Source: Bacillota bacterium
GTDB lineage: Bacteria; Bacillota; Limnochordia; Darwinibacteriales; Darwinibacteriaceae
Length of the DNA stretch: 52,832 nucleotides
Assembly: GCA_012518735.1 (NCBI GenBank)
Contig: JAAYRO010000127.1
Span: 1-52,832, forward strand
Direction of reading: 5' to 3'
Part shown: one piece after another, positions 27,703 through 38,263 of the stretch
How the letters are laid out: each line of letters begins with the position of its first letter
Numbering within the stretch: the stretch's first letter is position 1
Notes under the pieces: model-generated
The model's database searches: none
Seen by the model: the letters and a program-made list of their open reading frames with translations, nothing else
What the model was told of the DNA's origin: nothing
Position numbers and translations under genes: made by a program

Positions 27703-28239
27703 TCAGTTCCATTCAAAGCCATTTACGGCCCGGAGCCAATACTCCCGAATATCGCCTTGATACTTATCGGCGTTCAGACACATAGTCAAATAGACAATGT
27801 GCTGATCTCTTTGAAAAAACACAGAACGAAGCATGACCTTCTTTCCATTGAGGCCTGTACCTTCATATGCGTAAAAATGAGATCTTAGGTTATTCGAAGT
27901 TGTTATCTCTCGGTCAGCTATGATAGACGCATTCTTCACCAGCGGCTTAAAGCGTTCTTCTACGCTCTTCCGAACAACTTCAATGTCCTTTCCAGGCTGG
28001 TGAATTACCTCCATTGATATTGAACCATTCTCAAAAAGAATCTCTAAAACCTCCATACCAAATATGGAGCGCTGAATGTAGGTGTCACCTGTAGCGGGTA
28101 TTACTGCACTAAATGCAGGTTCTGAAACCATATACCACCAATAACTAGAATGATCATGCAGATAAAAGGTCCCCGCTTCAGCTGCAGGGGCCGCAACCAA
28201 AAAGAGAACAACTGCAAAGGATATGAGTGCTTTTCTCAT
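27703..28239 (-). CDS. secreted protein of unknown function (Sec signal peptide)
   Basis: ATG at 28239 follows GGAAGGGGA. MRKALISFAVVLFLVAAPAAEA|GT is a signal peptide with an AxA cleavage site. I recognise no other motif. Confidence 0.65.
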   Translation of the reverse strand: MRKALISFAVVLFLVAAPAAEAGTFYLHDHSSYWWYMVSEPAFSAVIPATGDTYIQRSIFGMEVLEILFENGSISMEVIHQPGKDIEVVRKSVEERFKPLVKNASIIADREITTSNNLRSHFYAYEGTGLNGKKVMLRSVFFQRDQHIVYLTMCLNADKYQGDIREYWLRAVNGFEWN

Positions 28240-28264
28240 GACGATCCCCTTCCATTGCTGCTTA

Positions 28265-28292
28265 GAGAAGAAAACCACCAATTGGTGGTTTT
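28265..28292 (-). terminator. hairpin/terminator at the yajC stop codon
   Basis: AAAACCACCAATTGGTGGTTTT is a perfect 22-nt palindrome overlapping the stop. On the minus strand it is followed by CTTCTCT, a moderate U/C tract. Confidence 0.5.
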
Positions 28293-28581
28293 ACTTTACA
28301 ACGTTACCAATACCTGACCGAGCAATCTGTACTTCCACCTTATCGGCGATTTTCAGCGTAACATAGTCTTCCTTAAGATTCGTAAGTTCGCCGTAAATCC
28401 CCCCTATTGTCACCACCCGGTCGCCCTTCTTAAGTGAATCAAGCAATTCCTGTCGTTCTTTCTGCTGTTTCTGCTGAGGTCTTATTATCATGAAGTAGAC
28501 CATCACAGCCATAATCGCAAAAGGCATTAAGAGCGAAATAATTCCTGGTGCTGTCGCTGGGGTTTCTGCCTGTAAAAACAT
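28291..28581 (-). CDS. yajC: preprotein translocase subunit YajC
   Basis: 96 aa with one TM helix, IIRPQQKQQKE and GDRVVTIGGIYG motifs. SD GGGAGGGGA is present. Confidence 0.92.
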   Translation of the reverse strand: MFLQAETPATAPGIISLLMPFAIMAVMVYFMIIRPQQKQQKERQELLDSLKKGDRVVTIGGIYGELTNLKEDYVTLKIADKVEVQIARSGIGNVVK

Positions 28582-28652
28582 GCGCTTCCCCTCCCTTCTT
28601 ATTGAAACGGACCTACCTTCTCAACTGTTCTACCTTGCTGGTACTAGATCCT

Positions 28653-29771
<1,119 letters not shown>

Positions 29772-29781
29772 TCAGCCTCCT

Positions 29782-30804
29782 CTAAATCAACAGCATGGCA
29801 TCGCCAAAGCTGAAAAAGCGATATTGACGTTCCACTGCGTTACGGTACGCATACCGAATTGTGTCATGTCCTGCAAAAGCAGACACTAACATTAAGAGGC
29901 TGGACTTCGGTAAATGGAAATTAGTTATAACAGCATCCACCGCTTTAAACTGATAACCTGGATAAATGAAAATGTCCGTCCAGCCTGAGCCAGCTCGAAC
30001 CTGACCGGATTCATCTGCTAGAGTCTCTAAAGTCCGGACACTGGTAGTTCCCACTGCGAACACGCGACCGCCTTGAGCTCGTCTCTCATTAATGGTTTGA
30101 GCACTTGCCTCCGGAAGATGATAGTACTCTGCATGCATCACATGGTCCTCTACCTCGTCTACCTTGACCGGTCGGAAAGTCCCCAATCCTACATGCAGTG
30201 TTAAAGGGACAATAGCTGTCCCTTTTGAGATAATCTTCTTCAGTAGGTCGTCTGTAAAGTGCAAACCTGCAGTAGGCGCTGCTGCAGAACCTGCATGCCT
30301 ACTATACACCGTTTGATACCGTTCTGAATCATCCAGCTTTTCATGGATATAAGGAGGCAGAGGTGTCTCCCCTAATTCATCTAATATTTGATCAAAGTCT
30401 CCAGAAAATTCAAAATCAACCAATCTGCCCCCTGCCGGTGTGGTCGCGATAACCTCACAGCTCAGCTTAGGGGAGAACACAATTTTAGTGCCGACCTTAG
30501 CCCGCTTTCCTGGTTTAACTAAAACCTCCCAGCGTCCCTCCTCATAGGGACGTAGAAGCAGAAGTTCTACCGCGCCTTGAGTTTCGGCACGCACACCGTA
30601 TAATCGAGCAGGTATAACACGGGTATCATTGATCACCAGCACGTCTTGGGGACCAACGTAATCTATAATATCACTAAATGTACGATCACTTACTGCTAAC
30701 GAATTTCGTTTGACAACCATTAACCGCGATTGATCACGGTGTTCCAAAGGAGTCTGGGCAATCAGCTCTTCTGGAAGGGTGAAATCAAAATCAGCTACTT
30801 TCAT
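29782..30804 (-). CDS. queA: S-adenosylmethionine:tRNA ribosyltransferase-isomerase
   Basis: Contains [32 protein letters not shown] and [10 protein letters not shown]. The start codon overlaps the rsgI stop (ATGA). Confidence 0.96.
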   Translation of the reverse strand: MKVADFDFTLPEELIAQTPLEHRDQSRLMVVKRNSLAVSDRTFSDIIDYVGPQDVLVINDTRVIPARLYGVRAETQGAVELLLLRPYEEGRWEVLVKPGKRAKVGTKIVFSPKLSCEVIATTPAGGRLVDFEFSGDFDQILDELGETPLPPYIHEKLDDSERYQTVYSRHAGSAAAPTAGLHFTDDLLKKIISKGTAIVPLTLHVGLGTFRPVKVDEVEDHVMHAEYYHLPEASAQTINERRAQGGRVFAVGTTSVRTLETLADESGQVRAGSGWTDIFIYPGYQFKAVDAVITNFHLPKSSLLMLVSAFAGHDTIRYAYRNAVERQYRFFSFGDAMLLI

Positions 30805-31727
30805 TCGTTAAGATCCAAATCTCCTTTCACCCGAGAGCTTCCAGACAATGCGGCTCCATACGCACCCTGAGAAGCTGCTTGAGCTGTAGTACGGTTCGTC
30901 CACTGAACAGGAGCGAGAGTGGGTCTAACCGAACCCAGTCCTGTTGTAGTAACCAAATTTCCACTTGTTCGCCTAGACACGGCAGTCTCTGTATCTACCG
31001 TCTCTTTCGTATTCATTGTAAGTCGTGCTTCCATTCGCTGAGGCACAATCGGAGGCTGGACATGAATAGCTATATACCGGGATGGAGTAATCCCTGCTAA
31101 TTTTGCCTCCTCTTGAATCCGAGCAGGGACCTGCCAAATTCGCACTTGTGCCAACTGAGTAGTAGTAAATGCCTCTACTATTGCCTGCTCCAACTTACTG
31201 TGTGTACCAGTCCGGCTGTTTTTCAATTCGGTCAATGTAGAACTAGAATCTCCCTGCACGGCAATGGTTACAATCACTTCATTCTGCCCCTGCTTGAGAT
31301 AGCCATCTTTTCTAGCTTGCTCACCAATCAGGGAAATGGCTGAGCGAAGATCCTGACCTACAACTGCCACTTTCGTAAGGAGATTTTTTCCGTCCTGATT
31401 TAAGCCATCAGCCTCTATTACTGTATGGTCTTCACTGACCTGCAGTTCTAGACTGGGATTAATGTCCAATGTGATGATAAAAGCAGGAGCTTGCACCACG
31501 GGAATCAAGCGCGTGGTGAGTATAGGCCAAGAGCCAATGAGTACTAAAAACAAAGCAGCTGCGAATCCTAACTGCCAAAGGCTGAGTCGTTCCTTCCTCG
31601 TAAAATGAACTTCTTGTCCTACACAAACATGCTTCCGGAACGGGACCTTAATAAACTCCCCTCGGGAAGTCATGATGACTACCTGATTCCGCTCAGCTAT
31701 CTCCACGACAATCCCTTTACCCCTCAC
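30801..31727 (-). CDS. rsgI: anti-sigma-I factor RsgI family protein
   Basis: Has the RsgI N-terminal domain ([25 protein letters not shown]), a single TM helix, and the extracytoplasmic juxtamembrane segment [11 protein letters not shown] containing the conserved Asn-Pro. GTG start follows AAGGAGGGA. Confidence 0.8.
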   Translation of the reverse strand: MRGKGIVVEIAERNQVVIMTSRGEFIKVPFRKHVCVGQEVHFTRKERLSLWQLGFAAALFLVLIGSWPILTTRLIPVVQAPAFIITLDINPSLELQVSEDHTVIEADGLNQDGKNLLTKVAVVGQDLRSAISLIGEQARKDGYLKQGQNEVIVTIAVQGDSSSTLTELKNSRTGTHSKLEQAIVEAFTTTQLAQVRIWQVPARIQEEAKLAGITPSRYIAIHVQPPIVPQRMEARLTMNTKETVDTETAVSRRTSGNLVTTTGLGSVRPTLAPVQWTNRTTAQAASQGAYGAALSGSSRVKGDLDLNE

Positions 31728-31742
31728 TACGGTCCCTCCTTT

Positions 31743-32489
31743 TCAAACAGGTCTTTTCAGATATTCCTGAAGATGATAGAACTCTCCAACCAATATTAAA
31801 GTCAACGTAATTATGTACTTCCGTTGTCTTTCTAAAGTCTTTCGACTAACATCTACACGTTTTTGGAGTTCCTTTAAAGGCAGTGCTTTCTTACTAGTTA
31901 AATAACTGAGCAACTCCGGATCACTCGACAGAATTCGAGCCACTTGTAAGGCCCGATCTCGAGCATCTTGATGCTTGGGAGAAATGCGAACCAGTTCAGA
32001 AAACATAATACCATAATGGCTGAGCAGCTGATTTAGTCGGAAGATCTCTTCCCGGCGCTCTTCAGCTTCTGCCTGAATCTGCAGTGTAGCAAAGGCCTCT
32101 TTTGACTCGATCCTCCTTATCACACTGTCTTCATTTTCATCAGTCTCAAAAGCTGATAATGGAATTTCATCCCGTTTGCTGGATTGACGACGGAAGTAGT
32201 CTACCATCCGCCGCTTTATAACAATTTCTGCGAAGCTGAGAAATGATGCCCCTGCTTCACTATTATATGAGTCTATAGCTTCATCAAATGCGATCATAGC
32301 TATACTTGCTTCGTCATCCCGACCAAGCACTAGGTACTTGCGACAAGCCCCAGAGGCTACCCTCAGATAAAAAGGTCGGTAATCTCGCAGAAGCTGTTCC
32401 CGAGCAAGCTTGTCCCCTGCTTGGGCCTTCTCAACCAATTCACTTAATTGAACTCGATTGTCTTGTTTTCGCGCAGGATTCGTGCTCAT
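31743..32489 (-). CDS. sigI: RNA polymerase sigma factor SigI
   Basis: 248 aa. RDDEASIAMIAFDEAIDSYNSEAGASFLSFAEIVIKRRMVDYFRRQ aligns with the SigI region 2 signature (B. subtilis DDEFSIGLIAFNEAIEKY...). It is followed by rsgI. Confidence 0.88.
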   Translation of the reverse strand: MSTNPARKQDNRVQLSELVEKAQAGDKLAREQLLRDYRPFYLRVASGACRKYLVLGRDDEASIAMIAFDEAIDSYNSEAGASFLSFAEIVIKRRMVDYFRRQSSKRDEIPLSAFETDENEDSVIRRIESKEAFATLQIQAEAEERREEIFRLNQLLSHYGIMFSELVRISPKHQDARDRALQVARILSSDPELLSYLTSKKALPLKELQKRVDVSRKTLERQRKYIITLTLILVGEFYHLQEYLKRPV

Positions 32490-32542
32490 TATTGTTCCTC
32501 CCTTGACACCTTTCGCTTCCTCTACAATGATTTTGAGGGTGT

Positions 32543-33430
32543 CTACTCATAGCCTAGTTCCCTTAATGCGCCGGGCTTATTTCGCCAATCCTTCTTCACC
32601 TTGACCCAAAGATTAAGATAAACCTGGACCCCAAGTAAAGCCTCTATCTGTTTTCGGGCGTCAGTTCCCACTGATTTGAGTAAACGCCCATTTTTGCCAA
32701 TTACGATTCCCTTTTGTGATTCCCGCTCTACATAGATGGTTGCTCTAATACGCACCAAATTACCATCAGGATCTTCCTTTATCTCATCCACATCGACCGC
32801 AATAGAATGGGGAATCTCTTCTTCTGTCCGAGCTAACAATTCTTCTCGGATAAATTCTGCAATAATAAAGCGTTCAGGATGGTTTGTTATCCAATCATCA
32901 GGATAATACTTAGGACCTTCTTCTAGTCTATCAATGATTAGATCTACTAACTGTGTAAGATTATGACCTGTAAGGGCTGAAACTGCCACAACATCTGCAA
33001 ATTCACGTTTTGTCTGAACAAAACGGGTAAACTCGTGCTGTTCCTCTGAACTGACAAGATCTGCTTTATTAAGGACCAAGAGTATAGGTTGTTTCACATG
33101 TGCCAATTCATCCAAAATATGTTCTTCAACAACAGTCCACTCTCCCATCTCAACAAGCCACAACACAACATCCACTTCTTCTAAAGCTTGAAACGCGCTT
33201 TTCATCATGTATTCGCCTAATTTGTGTAATGGCTTGTGAAGACCTGGAGTATCTAAAAATACAATCTGGGCGTTGTCTCTTGTCAAAACGCACTGAATCG
33301 TATTTCTTGTAGTTTGAGGTTTATTGGACACAATAGCTACCTTTTGGCCTAATAAAGCGTTAAGTAGGGTTGATTTGCCCACGTTGGGACGACCTACAAC
33401 AGCCGCAAATCCAGAACGAAAAACGGACAT
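32543..33430 (-). CDS. era: GTPase Era
   Basis: Contains G1 GRPNVGKST, G3 DTPG, G4 NKAD and a KH domain. The refined ATG at 33430 has AAGGAG 8 nt upstream. The track ATG at 33436 is only 2 nt from the SD. Confidence 0.96.
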   Translation of the reverse strand: MSVFRSGFAAVVGRPNVGKSTLLNALLGQKVAIVSNKPQTTRNTIQCVLTRDNAQIVFLDTPGLHKPLHKLGEYMMKSAFQALEEVDVVLWLVEMGEWTVVEEHILDELAHVKQPILLVLNKADLVSSEEQHEFTRFVQTKREFADVVAVSALTGHNLTQLVDLIIDRLEEGPKYYPDDWITNHPERFIIAEFIREELLARTEEEIPHSIAVDVDEIKEDPDGNLVRIRATIYVERESQKGIVIGKNGRLLKSVGTDARKQIEALLGVQVYLNLWVKVKKDWRNKPGALRELGYE

Positions 33431-33456
33431 TAACATATCTCCTTTATAAGGATCTC

Positions 33457-33885
<429 letters not shown>

Positions 33886-34578
33886 TTATCCTTTGAGTTG
33901 GAAGAAAATCGATGTAATAAATATTCCAATACAAGCTCCAGCCGCTACTTCCCACCAATTGTGAATCTGTCCTTCTACGCGGCTCTGCCCCACTAAGGCC
34001 GCTAGGGCAAATCCTGCCACTACCGGTAGACCTGAACTTGTCTGCCAAATGGCTACTGCCAAAGCAAAGGCAAGAGCAGTATGTCCCGACGGCATACCAC
34101 CTCGCAGCAAATCATCGCTTCCCGATGCAGCCTTCAAACTGATAATGGTGAAAGTAACTGTGGCAATAGCCATCACAATCAGATAATGGACTGGAAACGC
34201 TTGTCGGAAAACAGTTGCGTCAAACTTAAGAAAGTATTCTATAAAAACTAAGTAGCCTATGCAGACAGATGTGAGTGCCGAGACTAGGACCGCACCAGCA
34301 GAAACGTTCTTTGCAATCTTCGCTAATGGGTGATACTCTTGTGTTACTAGATTCACAACCTCTTCCACAGCCGTATTTACCAACTCAGCTGTAATAACGC
34401 CTCCAATGGTTAAGAACAGCACCATCAATTCGGTACGGGGAACGCTGAGTACTGTCGCAAGAATGATAACCATAATTCCAATAAGAAAATGAACCTTCAT
34501 GTTTCGCTGGGTTCGCAGCACATAAATGACACCCTGAATGGCGTAATTGAAGCTGGAATAGATGTTTTTTGAACTCAT
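33886..34578 (-). CDS. dgkA: fusion protein: DgkA-type lipid (undecaprenol/diacylglycerol) kinase plus PAP2-type lipid phosphatase
   Basis: The N-terminal half matches DgkA (FNYAIQGV...RNMKVH...AELVNTAVEEVV...AKNVSAGAVL). The C-terminal half has PAP2 motifs PSGH and SRVEGQIHNWWE. ATG at 34578 has GGGAGAG 7 nt upstream. Confidence 0.8.
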   Translation of the reverse strand: MSSKNIYSSFNYAIQGVIYVLRTQRNMKVHFLIGIMVIILATVLSVPRTELMVLFLTIGGVITAELVNTAVEEVVNLVTQEYHPLAKIAKNVSAGAVLVSALTSVCIGYLVFIEYFLKFDATVFRQAFPVHYLIVMAIATVTFTIISLKAASGSDDLLRGGMPSGHTALAFALAVAIWQTSSGLPVVAGFALAALVGQSRVEGQIHNWWEVAAGACIGIFITSIFFQLKG

Positions 34579-34580
34579 CC

Positions 34581-35042
34581 TCAATCTCTCCCTAGACCGA
34601 TGCGAGCCATCACTTCCTCTTCCCGCTGACGCATAATACTCTGGTCTTGAGAATCTTCATGATCATACCCCAATAAATGAAGTAAACCATGAACTGCAAG
34701 ATAAACCACCTCTCGCTCCATACTGTGACCGTAATCACCTGCTTGTTCAGCTGCACGGGGAAGAGAGATGACAATATCGCCAAGGATCCGAGGTACGCCC
34801 TCTGGAACAAAAAAGCCATCGTCATCATCTTGGGGAAAAGACAAGACATCTGTGGGAACATCCTTACCTCGATACTCCCGATTCAGTGACTGGATGGCCA
34901 CATCGTCCACAAAAGTCACACCTACTTCTACCTGTTCACGAATATCCTCCAAAGTCAAGAGTATTTGAAAAGCACTCTCAATTTGTACCTCAAACCCATT
35001 AATCGAATACTGTGTTTGATCATTATTTATCAGTATTTCCAC
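34581..35042 (-). CDS. ybeY: rRNA maturation RNase YbeY
   Basis: Contains the HGLLHLLGYDH zinc motif. The refined GTG at 35042 has GAAGGGAAG upstream. The track start is TTG at 35063. Confidence 0.92.
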   Translation of the reverse strand: MEILINNDQTQYSINGFEVQIESAFQILLTLEDIREQVEVGVTFVDDVAIQSLNREYRGKDVPTDVLSFPQDDDDGFFVPEGVPRILGDIVISLPRAAEQAGDYGHSMEREVVYLAVHGLLHLLGYDHEDSQDQSIMRQREEEVMARIGLGRD

Positions 35043-37224
35043 CGCGACTTCGCTTCCCTTCAATTTCTTCTTTTGTAATCTTCTCAGGATATTCCACTCG
35101 GGAGTGGAACATACCCATAATGACCTTCACAAAAGCGTTCGCGATTTTATCCAGATCTTGAAATGTCAAGTCACTCTCATCAAGTTCCCCTGAATTCAGC
35201 CGATCCTTGATGATCTTGCGGACCAAACCTTCTATTTTACCTGGAGTTGGTTTAGAAAGGGAGCGGACCGCCGCTTCCGTAGCATCGGCCAAGGACACGA
35301 TAGCCACTTCTTTCGTCTGTGGCTTTGGTCCAGGATAACGAAAGTCTTTTTCCTCAACCGTCTCGTCCCCAACCTCTTTAGCCCGATGATAAAAGTAACG
35401 TACTAAATCTGTTCCGTGATGCTGGGCAATAAACTGAGTCACAACGTCTGGTAATTTGAACTCTTTTGCAAGCTCTATACCATCTTTTACGTGAGAAGTG
35501 ATAATCAGAGTTGAAAGGGATGCTGCCATTTTATCATGAGGATTATCCATCCCTACTTGGTTCTCTACAAAAAAGTATGGCCGTTTGAGTTTTCCAATAT
35601 CATGATAATGTGACCCTACTCGAGCTAAGAGTCCATCTGCACCTACAGCCTCTGCTGCTGCTTCCGCTAAATTACCTACCAAAATACTGTGGTGATACGT
35701 ACCGGGCGCTTCCAGCATCAATCTCCGAAGCAGGGGGTGATTAGGATTGGAAAGCTCCAACAGACGGATTGACGAGGTAATGCCAAAAACACTTTCTAAG
35801 TACGGCAGCAGACCAATGGCAATTATGGATGCGAACACTCCATTTAGTACACCCAAATAACTGTGGATAATCAAAGATGTGTCCCGCTGTAATAGGCCCA
35901 ACGTCATCATGGTTAGAAAGTTAACTCCACCTACAACAAAACCGGCTCGCATTAAGTCCCCCCGCTGACTTACCCGAGATACACTAAAGATAGCCGTTAA
36001 TCCGCTTGCAATGGCTAAAACGCTGATGTTGAAACTGAAATTATTGATCACACCTAAGACAACTGCCAGTACGATTGAAGCCGTACCAGCCACTTTTGAG
36101 TCAATAAGCAGGGTCAGCAGTAAACCAGCTAAGGCAGTGGGATGAAGATACGCTGCCTCTGGCCAGCCAATAAAAGTAAACAACTTACCGATAAAAGCAA
36201 CAGCCAGTAGAATAGAACCTAGAAGGGCCAAAATACCTTCATTACGAAGAATATCTTTGCGGTTTTGATAGAGGAACACTCCGATTGCAGCTGCTAAGAG
36301 CACTACCAAAAGAACAAGGCCAACCAGCACCCCATAATCAACACCAGTTTTTATTAGACCAACATCCTGGAGCAGCTGAATATGTTCAGAGTGGACAACA
36401 TCGCCTTTTCTAACGATGATTTCCCCTTCCATTATAGTAACAGGTTCAACAGAATTCGCAGCATCCTGACGTGCTTGATTTACCTTTTGTGTATTCAAGA
36501 CCAAGTTTGGCTGAATGAGATGGCGTCCAATCACAATGGCTGCCTCCTCAAGAGGCCCAGACAACCCTCTAGACCGCACAATCTGCTCAAACTGATCGCG
36601 AGCGTCCCGCAAGCCGTCTTCACTAATTCTTTCGTCCATCTGGTCCAAAACCAAATCGGACACAAACTGAGCGAAAAGATCAAAATCGGCCAAGTTTAAT
36701 TTAGCAATCTCTTCGAGAATCGAATTAGGAATCTCTATTTTCCAATCACGAATCAGACGCCGATCCACCTCAGAAGTAGATAAGGGTTCTTGTTCTTCTT
36801 CCTTCGTTTCTTCATCTACTGCAGCCTCTTGTTCTTGTTCACTATTAGCAGCAGTACTCTGGGGAATACTAGAGCGGAGCAGGTTTAGAATACCTGTTAG
36901 ATTTTCCTCTACCCTAAGAACTGCCGCGTGATTCAAGTCATAATAATCTGGGTCTTCGCTAACCTCAAGCAGTACCTGCTTTTCTGCATTTTCCCGCAAC
37001 TTCGCTGTTGCGGCCCGATTAACTGCCGTTCTAGGAGCAGTAAGATCCCGCTTAGCCACCTGCCCAACTTCTACAGATACACCGGTTGGCAGCGCATCAA
37101 AAATGAAAACCGCTAACATTCCAATAAAAAACAAACACGCAAGCAGCCATTGGCGAACCGAGGTTTTGTTTACGAATTGCTTCCACACCCGCTGCAAGTT
37201 TTTCCCGTTCTTTCGCTTACCCAC
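35023..37224 (-). CDS. pgpH: 7TM-receptor HD-domain phosphohydrolase (YqfF/PgpH family, c-di-AMP phosphodiesterase type)
   Basis: 733 aa with an N-terminal extracellular domain, seven TM helices and a C-terminal HD domain (HHSILVGNLAE...HYHDIGK...HHG). GTG start follows GAGGGGGAG. Confidence 0.9.
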   Translation of the reverse strand: MGKRKNGKNLQRVWKQFVNKTSVRQWLLACLFFIGMLAVFIFDALPTGVSVEVGQVAKRDLTAPRTAVNRAATAKLRENAEKQVLLEVSEDPDYYDLNHAAVLRVEENLTGILNLLRSSIPQSTAANSEQEQEAAVDEETKEEEQEPLSTSEVDRRLIRDWKIEIPNSILEEIAKLNLADFDLFAQFVSDLVLDQMDERISEDGLRDARDQFEQIVRSRGLSGPLEEAAIVIGRHLIQPNLVLNTQKVNQARQDAANSVEPVTIMEGEIIVRKGDVVHSEHIQLLQDVGLIKTGVDYGVLVGLVLLVVLLAAAIGVFLYQNRKDILRNEGILALLGSILLAVAFIGKLFTFIGWPEAAYLHPTALAGLLLTLLIDSKVAGTASIVLAVVLGVINNFSFNISVLAIASGLTAIFSVSRVSQRGDLMRAGFVVGGVNFLTMMTLGLLQRDTSLIIHSYLGVLNGVFASIIAIGLLPYLESVFGITSSIRLLELSNPNHPLLRRLMLEAPGTYHHSILVGNLAEAAAEAVGADGLLARVGSHYHDIGKLKRPYFFVENQVGMDNPHDKMAASLSTLIITSHVKDGIELAKEFKLPDVVTQFIAQHHGTDLVRYFYHRAKEVGDETVEEKDFRYPGPKPQTKEVAIVSLADATEAAVRSLSKPTPGKIEGLVRKIIKDRLNSGELDESDLTFQDLDKIANAFVKVIMGMFHSRVEYPEKITKEEIEGKRSRGGNTDK

Positions 37225-37244
37225 TATGCTCCCCCTCTTGGCGG

Positions 37245-38231
37245 CTATTTTTCCGCCTCTCTCCCGTATGCATCGTAAGCCTGAATGATCCTCTGGACTA
37301 ATGGGTGCCGAACAACATCACTCTCATGGAGATAGCAGAACTCTATACCTTCAACATCTTTAAGAATTTTCTGAACGATAACCAGTCCTGAAAATTTACC
37401 TCTCGGCAGATCCACTTGTGTAATGTCACCTGTCACAACTGCCTGTGACCCAAAACCAAGCCGAGTAAGGAACATCTTCATCTGTTCCGGTGTTGAGTTC
37501 TGAGCTTCATCTAGTATGATAAAAGAATCGTCGAGTGTACGCCCACGCATATACGCAAGGGGTGCTACCTCAATAATCCCTTTTTCCCGATACTTCTGGT
37601 AGGCCTCTTGTCCAAGAATGTCATACAAAGCATCATACAGTGGCCGCAAATAAGGATCTACCTTATCCTGTAAATCGCCAGGTAAGAACCCTAAATGCTC
37701 GCCTGCTTCTACCGCTGGTCTAGTTAATACGATTCGTTCGACCTCTTTCTTTTTCAGTGCGGCAATAGCAGCCGCCATAGCCAAATAGGTCTTACCTGTA
37801 CCAGCTGGACCAATACCAAATACAATGTCATTTTGGAGAATTGCATCAACATATTTCTTCTGACCAGTAGTTTTTGGTCGAATCTGGCGTCCTCTATGAG
37901 TAACAACCACCGTACCAGCACTAATATCTTTTATAGTCGTGGTTTCGCCGTTTTCTACTAACTGGATCGCGTAATAGACGTCGTGACTTGTAAGATTGTT
38001 TCCTAAAGCCGCGATGTTCTGGAGTACTCGACAAGCTTTTTCTACTGCGTCATCCGAACCATTAATCAATAGGTCTAAACCACGAGGCACGATCTTAACA
38101 TTTAATGCAGACTCCACCAGACGCAGATTCTCATCGTGTTTGCCGCTGACGATCTGAGCCTGTTCATTATCTCGAAGGCGCAATGTCTGACTCAATACTT
38201 TAACAATCCTCCTATTATTTGTCCTATGCAC
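37245..38231 (-). CDS. phoH: PhoH family ATPase
   Basis: Contains Walker A GPAGTGKTYLA, Walker B FIILDEAQN and ITQVDLP. The start is uncertain: the track GTG at 38231 lacks an SD, and TTG at 38195 lies downstream of AGGAGG. Confidence 0.93.
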   Translation of the reverse strand: MHRTNNRRIVKVLSQTLRLRDNEQAQIVSGKHDENLRLVESALNVKIVPRGLDLLINGSDDAVEKACRVLQNIAALGNNLTSHDVYYAIQLVENGETTTIKDISAGTVVVTHRGRQIRPKTTGQKKYVDAILQNDIVFGIGPAGTGKTYLAMAAAIAALKKKEVERIVLTRPAVEAGEHLGFLPGDLQDKVDPYLRPLYDALYDILGQEAYQKYREKGIIEVAPLAYMRGRTLDDSFIILDEAQNSTPEQMKMFLTRLGFGSQAVVTGDITQVDLPRGKFSGLVIVQKILKDVEGIEFCYLHESDVVRHPLVQRIIQAYDAYGREAEK

Positions 38232-38263
38232 TTATTATAAGCAAAACGGTCGCTAGATGCAAA

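Noticed and set aside
34610-34861. 83-aa alternative-frame ORF inside ybeY, and similar nested minus-strand ORFs at 27167..27379, 33821..34048, 39117..39329, 39779..40003, 41701..41889 and 51825..52037
   Set aside because: All are embedded out of frame in strongly supported genes. None has an SD or a recognisable motif.
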